The notes: generated from the letters alone by a model not told the origin. Shown: positions 37,901 through 52,271, counted from the first letter of the stretch. The stretch: 64,000 bases of DNA from Chrysomallon squamiferum (GCA_012295275.1 CM022668.1:6634001-6698000), one strand, 5' to 3'. Numbers and translations are program-made.

Positions 37901-39838
37901 GGTACTCTTTCTTTCGTTTCAAAAACTGGATTATCTTTTCCTAGGGTGTCTATTTCCTCTTTTTCTTTGATCTCCAGGCGCGCATTGTCAAACTGGGGCT
38001 CCGTGGTCTTCGATGCTGCAAAATCTTTCTGCTTAGAACTTGGAATAGGTGACTTAGGATCTCTTTGATTTTTCCTTCAGAATAAAAAGAACATATTCGC
38101 TAACACGCAGATACAAGTAAATAAATGAACGAATGTTTAAAGACACCCAGCTCAAAAATGCAATCGGCTATGGATGTCAAACAAAGATAAGTTAATGATG
38201 TGGTGATAAGTAAGAAAATAGTAATTTAAAAAATCAGTTAAAACTAAACGTAAATCCAATAATACAAATATCTGTTTTAATATATTAAAATTTAGAATAA
38301 AGCGGGTGAAAAATGAAATAATAATAATCAAATTAAAAAATAAACTAAAACTAGTTCTGGATGGGAGTGACATTTCTTCTTCAAGGTATATCTTTCTGCA
38401 GCAGTTAATGGCAGCCCAGCAAAATACGACGAACTATCAAACTACCCAATATTCACACTGCATGGATGATCGTTCTTCAGGATAAACAAATGAGTCAAAT
38501 GAATATGACGGATACAGGCACGACACAGGACTGTCTCATCCTTCCTGCGCTGTCTCTAGGAGGACTGCCACTCTCCCATGTTAGGTTAGAGGCAATGGAG
38601 CATGTTCGCGACCGCACTGTTCCAAACATTTTGGCAATTTTGTTTATAAATGTAAAATATTTCTATGGCACACCAGCCGTGATATGAGTCAAATCCAGAG
38701 TATACTTAGAAGCTGAATCTGCTTTTTCATTGTCCGTGAATACACCTGGGTTTTACATCAACACAAGAAAAGATCTACGTGAGCGTTTAACTAAGTAAGT
38801 GTGTTTCGTATGGTCCAGTTTAAGTATTATGAGTTTTACGTAGAATATCGTGCCTCTGTTTTATGGAGAAAGGCCTGTTGTAAAATTTTCAGATGAAAAA
38901 GTTAAATACTCTGCTTTTCAGCTTTATTACGTAAGAAGAAGAATTATGAATGAAAGATATCTGCCGATATATTAGCAATGGCACAATGAAACATTTCAAC
39001 CGTGTCACTGACAGATAAATGGTAGACAGTGTCATTGCATTTCTTTCCTTAGATTTTTTTCTTATCCTATCTTACACACATTTGACCTATATGATGTTTG
39101 AGATATAATTCTTTCAAGAAACCTTCTTATCGAGCCCTACAATGCAACGAATATTCAACTTGCCCTCTATTGATTCACGCTTGAACCTTCCAAGGGCCAT
39201 AATGCGGTCTTTGGTTGCATCTCTACAAGTATGAGAACAACTCGGTTCATGAATAGTTTCTTCAGAAGTATCCAGACATAAAAAAAAAACAAAAAAATAT
39301 GGAAGTAATTAAGGACATGGAATCGTCAGCATTCGTTTCTAAACCAGTCGAACGCTGAACAGATGCCGGAGTTGATTATACGTCTTCTTCCATTTCATAA
39401 TGTTAGTCTTTTATCATTAAAAAGAATCAAGTCAGTTTTGAGAATTAACTCTTCCAGTTGTTCATCTCAGTTGTTCACCTCCTCATATCCCCACAAGATA
39501 TGATGATGATTCAAATCTCCCGTCAGAATAAAAGGAATTTTAGAATCCAACGGCAACTATTCTAATTCAGAATGTTCTGTCTGTTCTTTATCATTCTCAT
39601 TCTTTGTCTTTTCAATATCAGAAATCTTTTTGAATCAATTCAGCACCATGTTAAATCAGTCTGAATGGCTATGTTCGCTGTTGAAAGCAGCACCATATGA
39701 CTTATCTGATAGATATACTGATACATACAGAAACATGCAATGACCTAAAAAGGTATTTATACACACAGCCCACAAAGAAGGAAAAGAAGAAGAAGATGAA
39801 GAAGCAGATTTGTTTTTATTGCTTTTATTTTATTTCTT

Positions 39839-39869
<31 letters not shown>

Positions 39870-39875
39870 TTGTTG

Positions 39876-39930
<55 letters not shown>

Positions 39931-41440
39931 AAGAATATGATAAATAAGTATATAATACTGACCTGCGTCTTGCAATGTAATACGCAACACCAGCCGCAAT
40001 CAGCAACAACAACAACACCAGTATTATTGCAATTATGATTTCAGTGTTATCGTCGTCTTTGCTTCCGCCTGACATTAGAAAAAGAATAATTTTATTGTTG
40101 TTTTTTGTTGTTGTTGTTCCTAGCAATATTGACTACCGTCTTTAATTTGTCTACATGGGAATACTAAATACTATGATTGGTTAGTTCAACTTACTTTGAC
40201 CAATGACAGTTCTGGTACTTTATTATTATTAGGTTCGCAATATTCGTGGATAAAAACAAATAAAGGTTAGTAGTAGTAGTACTAACTACCAGTAGTAATA
40301 GTAGTAGTAATGATAATAATAATGACAATAATAACAATAATGACAATAATAGTAACACAAATAACAAGAACAACAACATCAATAAAAATTCTTATGATAA
40401 CAGTAATAGTGACGATGATGATGCTGATAATAATAATAAATAAATAATAATAATAATTAGCATCATTGTGATAAAGATAAGAAAAATGATGTTAACAAAT
40501 AAATAAACAAAAATAACCAAGATGACTGTGATAAAGGTAAGAAGAAGAAGAATAATGACGTTGATGATGATGATGACAATACCTGGACAATTTCCCATCA
40601 CACACGTTTCTGTTATGTTCTTCGTACGGTCGCCAGTACACTCTTTTCCTCCGAGCAGAGGGGCGGGGTCGTTACACTCCCTCACCATGTTGATAGTGTA
40701 GCTCCCTTTTCCGCACGAGACTGTACACGCCTTCGATTCATTAGCCTTGACCCAAGTACTCCAAGCACCATCCGTTAACACTAATTTAGTATTAATTAAA
40801 ATAACAAACGGAAAACCAAGAAAAAAATCATCCAATAATAATTTGGTGTTAATTAAGTAGTGAATAAAGACGAGGACGAATTGATACGACAAAAATTTAC
40901 TGTTCATTATAATTACAATAATTAAACTACTAACAGTGATGAAACAAATAATTAACAGTTAATTTAAAAATTAAATTACGTACCTGGACAAGGAGGTAAC
41001 TCGCAGGGTATAGAAAAGAGAGACTTCCTAGATTCTCCACTGCAGGGCAACCCATCCTTGTCCTTCTTTGGGCTGTTGCATTCTCTCCCGTGTGTTGCGT
41101 CGTACGTTTCTTGCGTTTCGTACTCGTACTCGTACTCGTACTCGTCGTACTCGTCGTACTCGTCGTACTCGTCGTCCGTGTCGTCCGTTGAGACCGTTGT
41201 GCACGTTTGTTTACACAGAGTTCGAGAATATATGCGCCATTCACCCCAGTTACCGTTCACTGAAAATAAACTTACTTATTGATTTTATTTTATTTTATTT
41301 TATTTTATTATTGTCATTTAAAAAAAACAAATTATATTAATTATTAACTTAGTGATTAATTTATGTAGTTATTTATTATTATTATTATCATTATCATTAT
41401 TATTATTATCATCATTATTATTATCATAATTATTATTATC

Positions 41441-41478
<38 letters not shown>

Positions 41479-41998
41479 CATCATTATTATTATTATTATT
41501 ATTATCATTATTATTATCATCACCATCATCATTATTATTATTATTATTATTATTATTCATTAGTATTGAAATTCCTGTTTACAATATATTTTGCTTCTAC
41601 GAACCTGTTTTCGGTCTTAGCTTGAGGCCTTTACTTGGTGTACAACCTCCACAATAACCTCCACATTTTAATGTGAGTTTTTGCCTGTCATATAGAAAGT
41701 GCTCATCAATTTTACGAAATTCTCCACTTTCTGACCATTTTTGCTAGTTTGTAGTCGTAGCAGCAGCAGTAGCAGTAATAGGAAAAACAGAAGATGCAGA
41801 AATTGTAATAAAAAAATATATATAGTAATTATAGTACTGAAGATGATGATGACGATGATTGTGATGATGCTTATTGTGATAATAATATACAGAATCTTAC
41901 GTAAAGATCAACATACAAATATGTGAATACGTACGTATTATATAGGTATATATTTATGTAGTAAGTAGATGTATTAGATGTATATGTATATTTATATT

Positions 41999-42030
<32 letters not shown>

Positions 42031-42056
42031 AGTGTATGTGTGTTACGGAGAGAGAC

Positions 42057-42144
<88 letters not shown>

Positions 42145-43385
42145 AAAAGATATGGTGAAAACATTTTTACACTGTACACTATTTTAATATGATACTGACA
42201 TTAGGATGTATCTTGAGTCCAGTATCCCTAAGGTCTATCTCAAAGATACCACTATGGCCGCAGGATGGATGCTTCTCGTAGTTTGTGTAGCAGTTGTAAG
42301 CATGTCCGTACGCTTGTCTGAATTCTCCTGTCTGTTCTGTATAATCGAAGTTGTATTCATCCACTGTCAGTGTCTATATTGAGAACAGAAACACTAATTA
42401 TATAAAACATCATTTGTATATATGCATAGATACATGCACACGAACATACAAAGTAAGAAGAAGAGTACATTTTATGTGATATTGTGGTTTGAAAATAATA
42501 AATATATAGAATTTAGTTAGACTATTGTCTAACTGTATTCTGTATACTTATTATTTTATTTTTTAGTTTTCGTAACAGACTGAAAACCGTATTTTCTAGT
42601 TTCTTTTATTTATTATTATTATTATAAAAAAAAAATTTAACCGCTTGGTATGCATACACATCTTGATTAAAAGAAAATGGCAGCGCCTAAATGTATTTAT
42701 GCAAGATTTAACTCTGAAATGTCTTCGAAACAATATAACTAACTGTTCAAGAAGATTTTCAATGTTAAAATTTCTTTAGAGCTCTCTCTTTCTGTCTATT
42801 TTTAAAAACATTTTCTTATTTTTAAACTTTTCTTCTTCCTCTTGTTGTTGTTGTTCTTCTTCGTTCTTTCTTCCTATTTTTTTTCTTCTATCTTTTCTGT
42901 TTTCTCATGATTTAAATATATCCTATATATAGGTTTCATCTTCAGCTTCTGCTACTGGACTTACATCTAGATCTATCGCTATTTTCTTAAATACAGTTTT
43001 TCCTGGTTTCACGTCCATGGTGGAGTTTCTGATGTTACCATCGCAGTTTGGACTGGTGGTGCCGGGGCTTTCTCCGTAGTTTGGGTGTTTTAGTTCGATG
43101 TATGCTGTGTAGTTTTGTCCTTTCTTCACACACAAAACTGTGATGTTGTTTGCTGGGTATTCACGTGGCTGTATTGTGACGGTTTCTTCATCTTCGTTGG
43201 TTTTAACAGAGGATTTACAGTCACGGCCTGTTAAATAGAAAACTTTAGTTAAAAAATAAAAATAAAATATTGAGGAAATGATCGGTAAATATTTGAAAGA
43301 TTGTCCTAAATATTACCAAAACGAATTGAATTGTTTTGTTTTGTTTATGTTTCTTTATATGTTCATTATATTATAAAATTATAAA

Positions 43386-43434
<49 letters not shown>

Positions 43435-43837
43435 TACTTATTTATTTATTTATTATGATTATTATTTGTTTTAGATTTGTTTGTTTTAACTTTCTTAGTA
43501 ATTGTTGTAGTTTATCTCCATGAACTCGTATGCGCATATGTATTTATGTTATCCGTATGAGGTGTGCGTACGTGAGTGAGCCCGTGCCTGGTCTGACTGT
43601 GCGTGTGGACTTTCAGTTTAGAACTGAAATAAATAAACTGATACACTGAAATATATAATTTTTGGTGCTTCTCTTTTCAATTATTATTTTTTTTTTTTTT
43701 TATTTATTGTTATTTATTAACAATAATTTCTTAGCAAGAAAGAGAACAACAATAACAGTACCTCCATAACCTCTCCGAAATTCACCAAAAGCAAGTAGCA
43801 CAAAAAATGAAATCTTCATTTCCTTAGATAAAAACAT
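37777..43837 (-). CDS. Gene D1: SP-GON-TSP1(acidic DEY insert)-TSP1-TM-long tail (~509 aa)
   Basis: Exons: 43837-43762 (SP, alternative in-phase donor at 43771), 43227-42965, 42373-42200, 41743-41605 (GON, KCGGYCGGCTP), 41259-40984, 40780-40583 (TSP1), 40068-39963 (TM), 38074-37777 (tail). All GT-AG and in phase. Total 1530 nt. 5' UTR exon donor GTAAGT at 44280. Confidence 0.85.
38380..39690 (-). mobile_element. Decayed non-LTR retrotransposon (APE endonuclease and RT remnants) in the last intron of D1
   Basis: The - strand near 39480-39540 reads PFILTGDLNHHHILWG (APE GDxN motif). Near 38660-38690 it reads ITAGVP* (RT GVPQ-like). Many stops and frameshifts. Boundaries approximate. Confidence 0.7.
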
Positions 43838-44280
43838 GTTTATCTGGAAAAAAATATACAGACATTTTATGTGTGTTTGTGTATGTGTGTATTTATATAT
43901 GTATTTTATATATATATATATATATATATATTTTTTTATACTGTATGTATACATGTATGTATGTATGTCTGTGTAAGTATGTGTGTATGTATGTGTGTAT
44001 GTGTACGTGTATGTTTTAAGTAATTAATATTAGAATATTTTTTAAATATTTCTAAATTTTGTTATGATGGATTCCAAAGTTTGGTTGTATAAATAACAAA
44101 ATACAACGACGATCCTTTGCAATAGTAGGATATCCCAGTTATAAAGTACTTATATACATATATGCTTGTACTGTATTTCAGTAAATAAATTAATTAAATA
44201 AAATAAAAATGTAGAAGAATCTTAAATTAATTAATCAGTATTTGACAACAGTCGTCTGCATGAAATAACAAACTACTTAC

Positions 44281-44530
44281 GTTTCTAAGATTTAAAAATC
44301 AGTTTTAAATTATTAGCAAACACTTTGATAAGAAAATTAAATAATAATAACTATGGTATATTATAATTTCTACTACAAATTCCCATTTATCAGTGCGATA
44401 TATTTCAAGTCTCTGAATAATACAACGTCCTTTCAAAATGGCAGACAATCTTTTTTTAAAGTTGTTACGTCATGACGGTACGTAATTTTTGTCTTCGTCA
44501 TAAACATTAACGTAAGGTTACGTAACGTTA
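44281..44530 (-). promoter_or_regulatory. Candidate D1 promoter / 5' UTR exon with clustered bZIP sites
   Basis: Donor GTAAGT (acttac 44275-44280), TTACGTCA 44465-44472, TTACGTAA 44518-44525 and further ACGT cores. A near-identical copy lies upstream of D3 (63090-63340). Confidence 0.5.
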
Positions 44531-44662
44531 GACAGGTCTAATTAAAGTAACAGAAATGTTAGCGTACCTTTGTAGTGAAGTATATTTCTAAAATTCATGC
44601 AATGGGGTTTTGAAATAAGCCAATTCTGAACATAAGAAATTCCTGTGATTTCTACTGAGCCC

Positions 44663-44734
<72 letters not shown>

Positions 44735-47099
44735 GTAGTAGTAGTAGTAGTAGTTATAATAATAATAATAATATTTATTACTATGATAATGATAATGGTA
44801 ATTTTTATGATAAAGACTATTATGACGATGACAATCATTATAATAATCATGATTATCATCATTGTGAGGATAATGATGATAAAGATGATGACGATAATAA
44901 TAAGAATAACAATGATAACAGTAATGATGATAACAATAGTCATCATCATCATAGTTGTGAAAATACTTTTCATGTACTATGTTTCTTTGTATGTTGTATG
45001 TAGGTACTATGTATATCAAAAACAATTTATCATTTTTGTGTATTCACTTTCGAAGGATGATGATGAAATTAACAAGCGCTAAAGTTTATTAAATCTGTTC
45101 TAATGAGATAATGAAAATAAGATTGTTTTCGCCTGATTTATTATAAAGATATTATAAAAATAAATGAATAAATAAATAAATTAATTAATACATAATAAAT
45201 AAATAAATAAACACGTAAATAAATAAATAAATAAATAAATAAATTCATAAATAAATAAATTAATTAATAAATTAATAAATACGTAAATAAATAAATAAAT
45301 AAATAAGAAAACAAAATGATCAAACATTGATTTTCAATTGAAAATTTATTTATAATTTAATTACACATATATTCTCATCCACCATGTAAACGGAAACACT
45401 AATATACACATTTATTTTCAACTAATAATTTCATTTTAAACATTCATTTATAAATTATGCACTGACGTAAACATTTATTTGTATACATTATAGATACATG
45501 AATAATTTACATTCAGCTAGTATCTTAAGTCACTTATATATAATCTAAATATACATTTTCAGGTACATATCCTTTATCAACGATTGTCTAAGCATTTATT
45601 TATGAACTGTATAAACGTTTTCAACAACAAAGACGCTTGAAACATTTATTTTCAACATATTTCAATCGAAACAATTGTTTATAAACTGTATTCATATTTT
45701 AATATTTATTTTCAAGTACTAATACATTTATTTATAAACAATATTTATTTTCAACAACTAATAGTTATTTTAAAATAATGTATACATATACATATATATA
45801 TTTATTTTCAATTACTAATACTTTTATTTATAAACAATGTATATACGTAACTATTTATTTTCAACAACTAATATTTATAAATAATGTACACATGTAAATA
45901 TTTATTTTCAATTAGTATATTTAAGATATGCAGGTAATAAGGAACTATTGTAGACTGAAAGGACTGTTAAATATAGAGAGGTAATATTAATCATTATTAC
46001 TTTTGGTTATCTCTCGTTAATACAGCCTCTTGTTTAAATAGATTGTCTTTATTTAATTGACCCTGTTTCATTAGATTCTTCCTTTTGTATAAAATACTCT
46101 GTTTATTTAGTAGACCCTCTTTCTTTTAAAGGTTATCTTTCTTTAAAATAACCTATTTAACGGATTATTTTTCTTTAATAGTAAATAGACTGTTTATTTA
46201 ATAGACAGTGTCTCTTTGGTACTTTTTATTTAATAGAATTGCTTTTTCTGTAACCTGTTTTTTATAATAGATTCTCTTTATTTAATAGTCTCCCTTTCTT
46301 TACTAGACCTTGTTTCATTAATAGTTTTTCTTTAATAGATTATCTTTGTTAACAGATCCTATTTCTCCAGTGTATTCTCTTTCTTTAACTAAACCCAGTT
46401 TATCGAATTGTTTATATTTCTTTAATTGAACGCGTTTATCAAATTGTTTATATTTCTTTAATTGAACCCGTTTATCGAATTATTTATATTTCTTTAATAG
46501 GACCAGTTTATCGAATTGTTTATATTTCTTTAATTGAACCCGTTTATTTAATTAACTATATTTCTTTAGGAGACTCCGTTTCTTTGATAGCTTATCCTTC
46601 TTTAATAGACTGTGTTTCCTTAGCAAGTTCTGTTTATTTCGTTTCAAAAACTGGATTATCTTTTCCTAGGGTGTCTATTTCCTCTTTTTCTTTGATCTCC
46701 AGGCGCGCGTTGTCAAACTGGGGCTCCGTGGTCTTCGATGCTGCAAAATCTTTCTGCTTAGAACTTGGAATAGGTGACTTAGGATCTCTTTGATTTTTCC
46801 TTCAGAATAAAAAGAACATATTCGCTACCACGCAGATACAAGTAAATAAATGAACGAATGTTTAAAGACACCCAACTAAAAAATGCAATCGGCTATGGAT
46901 GTCAAACAAAGATAAGTTAATGATGTGGTGATAAGTAAGAAAATAGTAATTTAAAAAATCAGTTAAAACTAACCGTAAATCCAATAATACAAATATCTGT
47001 TTTAATATATTAAAATTTAGAATAAAGCCGGTGAAAAAAGAAATAATAATAATCAAATTAAAAAATAAACTAAAACTAGTTCTGGATGGAAGTGACATT

Positions 47100-48080
47100 T
47101 CTTCTTCAAGGTATATCTTTCTGCAGCAGTTAATGGCAGCCCAGCAAAATACGACGAACTATCAAACTACACAGTGTTCACACTGCATGGATGATCGTTC
47201 TTCAGGATAAACAAATGAGTCAAATGAATATGACGGATACAGGCACGACTCAGGACTGTCTCATCCTTCCTGCGCTGTCTGTAGGAGGACTGCCACTCTC
47301 CCATGTTAGGTTAGAGGCAATGGAGCATGTTCGCGACCGCTCTGTTCCAAACATTTTGGCAATTTTGTTTTTAAATGTAAAATATTTCTATGGCACACCA
47401 GCCGTGATATGAGTCAAATCCAGAGTATACTTAGAAGCTGAATCTGCTTTTTCATTGTCCGTGAATACACCTGGCTTTAACATCAACACAAGAAAAGATC
47501 TACGTGAGCGTTTAACTAAGTAAGTGTGTTTCGTATGGTCCAGTTTAAGTATTATGAGTTTTACGTAGAATATCGTGCCTCTGTTTTATGGAGAAAGGTC
47601 TTTGGTTGCATCTCTACAAGTATGAGAACAACTCGGTTCATGAATAGTTTCTTCAGAAGTATCCAGACAAAAAAAAAAAAAAATATGGAAGTAAATAAGG
47701 ACATGGAATCGTCAGCATTCGTCTCTAAACCAGTCGAACGCTGAACAGATGCCCGGATTGATTATACGTCTTCTTCCATTTCATAATGTTAGTCTTTTAT
47801 CATTAAAAAGAATCAAGTCAGTTTTGAGAATTAACTCTTCCAGTTGTTCATCTCAGTTGTTCACCTCCTCATATCCCCACAAGATATGATGATGATTCAA
47901 ATCTCCCGTCAGAATAAAAGGAATTTTAGAATCCAACGGCAACTATTCTAATTCAGAATGTTCTGTCTGTGCTTTATCATTCTCATTCTTTGTCTTTTCA
48001 ATATCAGAAATTTTTGTGAATAAATTGAGCACCATGTTAAATCAGTCTGAATGGCTATGTTGGCTGTTGAAAGCAGCACC
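47100..48080 (-). mobile_element. Copy of the decayed LINE in D2, with an internal ~330-bp deletion
   Basis: Colinear with 38380-39690 but lacks the segment ~38876-39206 (junction gagaaaggtctttgg at ~47591-47605). Confidence 0.7.
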
Positions 48081-48964
48081 ATATGACTTATCTGCTAGAT
48101 ATACTGATACATACAGAAACATGCAATGACCTAAAAAGGTATTTATACACCAAGCCCACAAAGAAGGAAAAGAAGAAGAACATGAAGAAGCAGATTGGTT
48201 TTTATTGTTTTTATTTTATTTCTTCTTCTTCTTCTTCTTCTTCTTCTTCTTCTTCTTCTTCTTCTTCTTCTTCTTCTTCCTTTTCTTCTTCTTCTTCTTC
48301 TTCTTCTTCTTCTTCTTCTTCTTGTTATTGTTATCATTATTATTATTATTATTACAAGAATAGATAAATAAGAATAGAATACTGACCTGCGTCTTGCAAT
48401 GTAATACGCAACACCAGCCGCAATCAGCAACAACAACACCACCAGTATTATTGCAATTATGATTTCAGTGTTATCGTCGCCTTTGCTTTCGCCTGACATT
48501 AGAAAAAGAATAATTTTTTTGTTGTTTTTTGTTGTTGTCACTAGTAATATTGACTACCGTCTTTAATTTGTCTACATGGGAATATTAAATACTACGATTG
48601 GTTAGTTCAACTTCCTTTGACCAATGACAGTTCTGGTACTTTATTATTATTAGGTTCGATAAAAACAAATAAAGGTTAGTAGTAGTACTACTAACTACCA
48701 GTAGTAATAGTAGTAGTAATGATAATAATAATGACAATAATAGTAATAGCAATAACAAGAACAACAACATCAATAAAATTTCTAATGATAACAGTAATAG
48801 TGACGATGATGATGATAATAATAATAATAAATAAATAATAATAATAATTAGCATCATTGTGATAAAGATAAGGAAAACGATGATAACAAATAAATAAACA
48901 AAAATAACAAAGATGATAAAGGTAAGAAGAAGAATAATGATGTTGATGATGATCATGACAATAC

Positions 48965-49156
48965 CTGGACAATTTCTCATCACACACGTTTCTGTTATGT
49001 TCTTCGTACGGTCGCCAGTACACTGTTTTCCTCCCTGCTGAGGGGCGGGGTCGTTACACTCCCTCACCATGTTGATAGTGTAGCTGCCTTTTCCGCACGA
49101 GACTGTACACGCCTGCGATTCATTAGCCTTGACCCAAGTACTCCAAGCACCATCAA

Positions 49157-49216
<60 letters not shown>

Positions 49217-49859
49217 AACAATACTAATAATAAGAAGAACAACAACAACAACAACGTCAACAACAATAATAAATAATAATAATAATGATAACAATAATAA
49301 ATAATAATAATCATAATAATAATAATAAAAATAATAATGATAACACTAATAAATAATAATAATAATTATTATAATGATAATGATAACAATAAATAATAAT
49401 AATAACAATAAGAAGAAGAAGAATCATAATGATAACAATAATAAATAATAATAATAATAATCATGATAACAATAATAAATAATAATAATGATAATGATAA
49501 TAATAATAAATTATAATAATAATGATAATGATAATGATAACAATAATAATAAATAATAATAATAACAATAATGATAATAATAATAATAAATAATAATAAT
49601 AATAATAATGATGATACTAATAACAAAAAAAACAACAATAATAAATAATAATAATGATGACAATAAATAATAATAATGGTGATAATAATAAATAATAATA
49701 ATAACAATAATGATAAAAATAATAATAAATAATAATAATAATGGTAATGATAATAATAAATGATGATAATAATAATAATAAATAATGATAATAGTAAATA
49801 AATAATAATAATAATAACAACATCGATAATAATAACTGTAATAATAATAAATAATAAGA

Positions 49860-49892
<33 letters not shown>

Positions 49893-50363
49893 TAATAATA
49901 ATGACAATAATAGTAACAGTAATAATAAGAACAACAACAATAATAAAAATGCTGATGATAACAGTAATAGCGATGATGATGATGATAATAATAAATAAAT
50001 AAATAAATAATAATAATAATTAAGATCATTGTGATAAAGATAAGAAAAACGATGCGACGATAATGATGACAATGATAAATAAATAAACAAAAATAACCAA
50101 GATGACTGTGATAAATGTAAGAAGAAGAATAATGACGTTGATGATGATGATGATGATGATGACAATACCTGGACAATTTCCCACCACACAAGTTTCTGTT
50201 ATTTCCTTCGTACGGTCGCCAGTACACTGTTTTCCTCCGTGCTGAGGGGCGGGGTCGTTACACTCCCTCACCATGTTGATAGTGCGGCTGCCTTTTCCGC
50301 ACGAGACTGTACACGTCTGCGATTCATTAGCCTTGACCCAAGTACTCCAAGCACCATCAACTG

Positions 50364-50434
<71 letters not shown>

Positions 50435-50750
50435 AAGAAGAAGAACAATACTAATAATAAGAAGAAGAACAACAACAACAACAACGTCAACAACAATAAT
50501 AAATAATAATAATAATAACAAACAGGAACAATAATAAATAAGAAAAACAACAATAATAAATAATAATAATAATGATATCAATAATAAATAATAATAATAA
50601 TCATAATAATAAAAATAATAATGATAACACTAATAAATACTAATAATAATTATTATAATGATAATGATAACAATAATAAAAAATAATAATAATAATGATA
50701 ACAATAATAAATAATAATAATGATAATGATAATAATAAATAATTAAAATA

Positions 50751-50782
<32 letters not shown>

Positions 50783-51566
50783 TAATAATAATAACAATAA
50801 TGATAATAATAATAATAAATAATAATAATAATAATAATGATACTAATAACAAAAACAACAACAATAATAAATAATAATAATGATGATAATAAATAATAAT
50901 AATAGTGATAATAATAAATAATAATAATAATAATAAATAATAATAATAATGGTAATGATAATAATAAATGATGATAATAATAATAATAAATAATGATAAT
51001 AGTAAATAAATAATAATAATAATAACAGCATCGATAATAATAATTGTAATAATAATAAATAATACAGGAGTAATAATAATAATAATAATATAATAATAAT
51101 AGTGACAATAATAGTAACAGTAATAATAAGAACAACAACAATAATAAAAATGCTGATGATAACAGTAATAGCGATGATGATGATGATGATAATAATAAAT
51201 AAATAAATAAATAATAATAATAATTATGATCATTGTGATAAAGATAAGAAAAACGATGCGACGATAACGATGACAATGATAAATCAATAAACAAAAATAT
51301 GCAAGATGACTGTGATAAATGTAAGAAGAAGAATAATGAAGTTGATGATGATGATGACAATACGATGACAATACCTGTACAATTTCCCATCACACAAGTT
51401 TCTGTTATTTTCTTCGTACGGTCGCCAGTACACTGTTTTCCTCCGTGCTGAGGGGCGGGGTCGTTACACTCCCTCACCATGTTGATAGTGTGGCTGCCTT
51501 TTCCGCACGAGACTGTACACGCCTGCGATTCATTAGCCTTGACCCAAGTACCCCAAGCACCATCAA
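48965..51566 (-). repeat. Triplicated ~1.2-kb unit (192-nt TSP1 exon plus AAT-rich intron)
   Basis: Exon ends at 48965, 50169 and 51375 (periods 1204 and 1206). The intron patterns are similar between units. Confidence 0.9.
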
Positions 51567-51604
51567 CTGAATAATAATAGTAATAATAGTAATAATAATA
51601 ATAA

Positions 51605-51635
<31 letters not shown>

Positions 51636-52240
51636 AAGAAGAAGAAGAAGAAGAAGAAGAAGAAGAAGAAGAAGAAGAAGAAGAAGAAGAAGAACAACAA
51701 CAACAACGTCAACAACGATAACTGACACTAATTTAGTATTAATTAAAATAACAAACGGAAAACCAAGAAAAAAATCATCCAATAATAATTTGGTGTTAAT
51801 TAAGTAGTGAATAAAGACGAGGACAAATTGATACGACAAAAATTTAGTGTTAATTATAATTACAATAATTAAACTACTAACAGTGATGAAACAAATAATT
51901 AACAGTTAATTTAAAAATTAAATTACGTACATGGACAAGGAGGTAACTCGCAGGGTACATAAGTGACGTAGTACTGGGATTGTCCACTGCAGGGCAACCC
52001 ATCCTTGTCCTTCTCTGGGTTGTCGCAGTTTCTCCCTCTTCTTGCGTCGTATGTGCCCTCCGTTCCGCACGTATCGCTACACTTAGCTCGAGCAGTTATG
52101 CGCCATTCACCCCAGTTACCGTTCACTGAAAATAAACTTACTTATTTATTTTATTTTATTTTATTTTATTTTATTATTGTCATTTAAAAAAAATATATAT
52201 ATTAATTATTAACTTAGTTATTAATTTATGAAGTTATTTA

Positions 52241-52271
<31 letters not shown>

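Noticed and set aside
37532-38068. 178-aa plus-strand ORF with ISLIEPVYRIVY repeats
   Set aside because: Antisense to the D1 tail exon and minisatellite, and not kept open in the D2/D3 copies.
38466-38687. 73-aa ORF conserved in three copies (also 47191 and 57191)
   Set aside because: Conservation reflects the recent segmental duplication. It lies antisense within the decayed LINE region.
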